A stretch of DNA of 63,885 nt, filler included, from Octopus bimaculoides (taxonomy: Eukaryota), in the NCBI RefSeq assembly GCF_001194135.2. It is 7 parts of 5 records of this genome, joined end to end, with 100 filler letters (N's around TTAATTAATTAA, not from the genome) between each part and the next. Parts side by side here need not be neighbours in the genome. Positions count along the whole stretch, not along the records: positions 62,715 to 63,885 come from NC_068984.1; 6 more parts are not named here. One strand, 5' to 3'. A program made the translations under genes and the position numbers. Shown here piece after piece: positions 63,141 through 63,885 of the stretch; positions within the stretch are counted from its first letter, which is position 1, and each line of letters opens with the position of its first letter. The notes below the pieces were generated by a model. It was not told the DNA's origin. It was given only the letters and a program-made list of their open reading frames with translations, and did no database searches.

Positions 63141-63765
63141 GTTGGGTGGTAGGTAGGTAGGTAGGTAGGTAGGTAGGTTGATAGGAAGGTAGTGTTAGCG
63201 TTACCTCTTATATGCCTGTCTAGCTCTTTTTCTCTAACAACTCGGTCTCTCCCTCTCTGCCTCTTTCTCTTTGTACACAAATGTCGGATTTATTTTATGT
63301 TAGAGACATTCTTATGCAACTTCTGAATAATGATAAGTTCCCTCCCGTGCCAATATGTATATATAGATGTGTGCGTGTATGTGTGTGTGTATATGTATAT
63401 ATGAAATCTACAGAAAACAAAAGACGAAGAGAGGTGAGGGAACAACGAGGAGATGTATTAGTTTGACGCTCATGAAGAATGGATAAGTCTTTGACATTTC
63501 GAGCCTACGCTCTTTGACAGAAAAGGTTGAGAATACATGTCGTGTTTTTTGGGAAGCAAAGATGATGCGCAAATTGCACGATTATCCCGGCAGCGCAAGC
63601 TTTATCTATGTCACTGTATACATGATAGATATATATGTACATGAAATGACGATGACTGGCATCGTCATTTTTAATTCGTTCCGGTAGATTCGAACGCGAA
63701 CATGCCCAATCGCTGTTGTATTCGTTTGTTCATAACCTGCTCGATTCATTTGATCCCATCTGTCA

Positions 63766-63803
<38 letters not shown>

Positions 63804-63885
63804 ACAAAGTTTTTACTCAAGTAATTAGTGAATTGATTACTCGATCAGACTAAACAGCTTTTATATATATATATATATATATATA

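Overview
Eukaryotic, AT-rich draft-assembly scaffold. It has roughly 5-6 kb of N gaps, six of them carrying an artificial TTAATTAATTAA linker. The very high microsatellite density and the tRNA-derived SINE families look like an octopus (coleoid cephalopod) genome; this is inferred from repeat content only. The window is mostly decayed transposons: at least four tRNA-headed SINE families; Tc1/Tc3, mariner, DD41D/maT-like and Tigger/pogo remnants; hAT MITEs; a Helitron 5' remnant; fragments of R4/Dong, L1-Tx1, RTE and CR1-group LINEs; and several foldback hairpins. No protein-coding gene can be named. Almost all listed ORFs are microsatellite or gap translations or transposon debris, and only low-confidence candidate exons remain at 17-31 kb. 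The clearest and most interesting element is a near full-length U2 snRNA copy at 31568-31750. It lacks the first 8 nt and any visible promoter, has a mutated Sm site, and is fused to a ~50-nt retroposon 3' tail plus (TAAA)n. That tail matches the 3' end of a CR1-group LINE at 60144-60590 and the tail of the commonest SINE here. All three keep a 5-bp stem-loop with compensatory base changes. This suggests a LINE-SINE-snRNA retroposition system, either a single U2/LINE chimera or a U2-headed SINE family.
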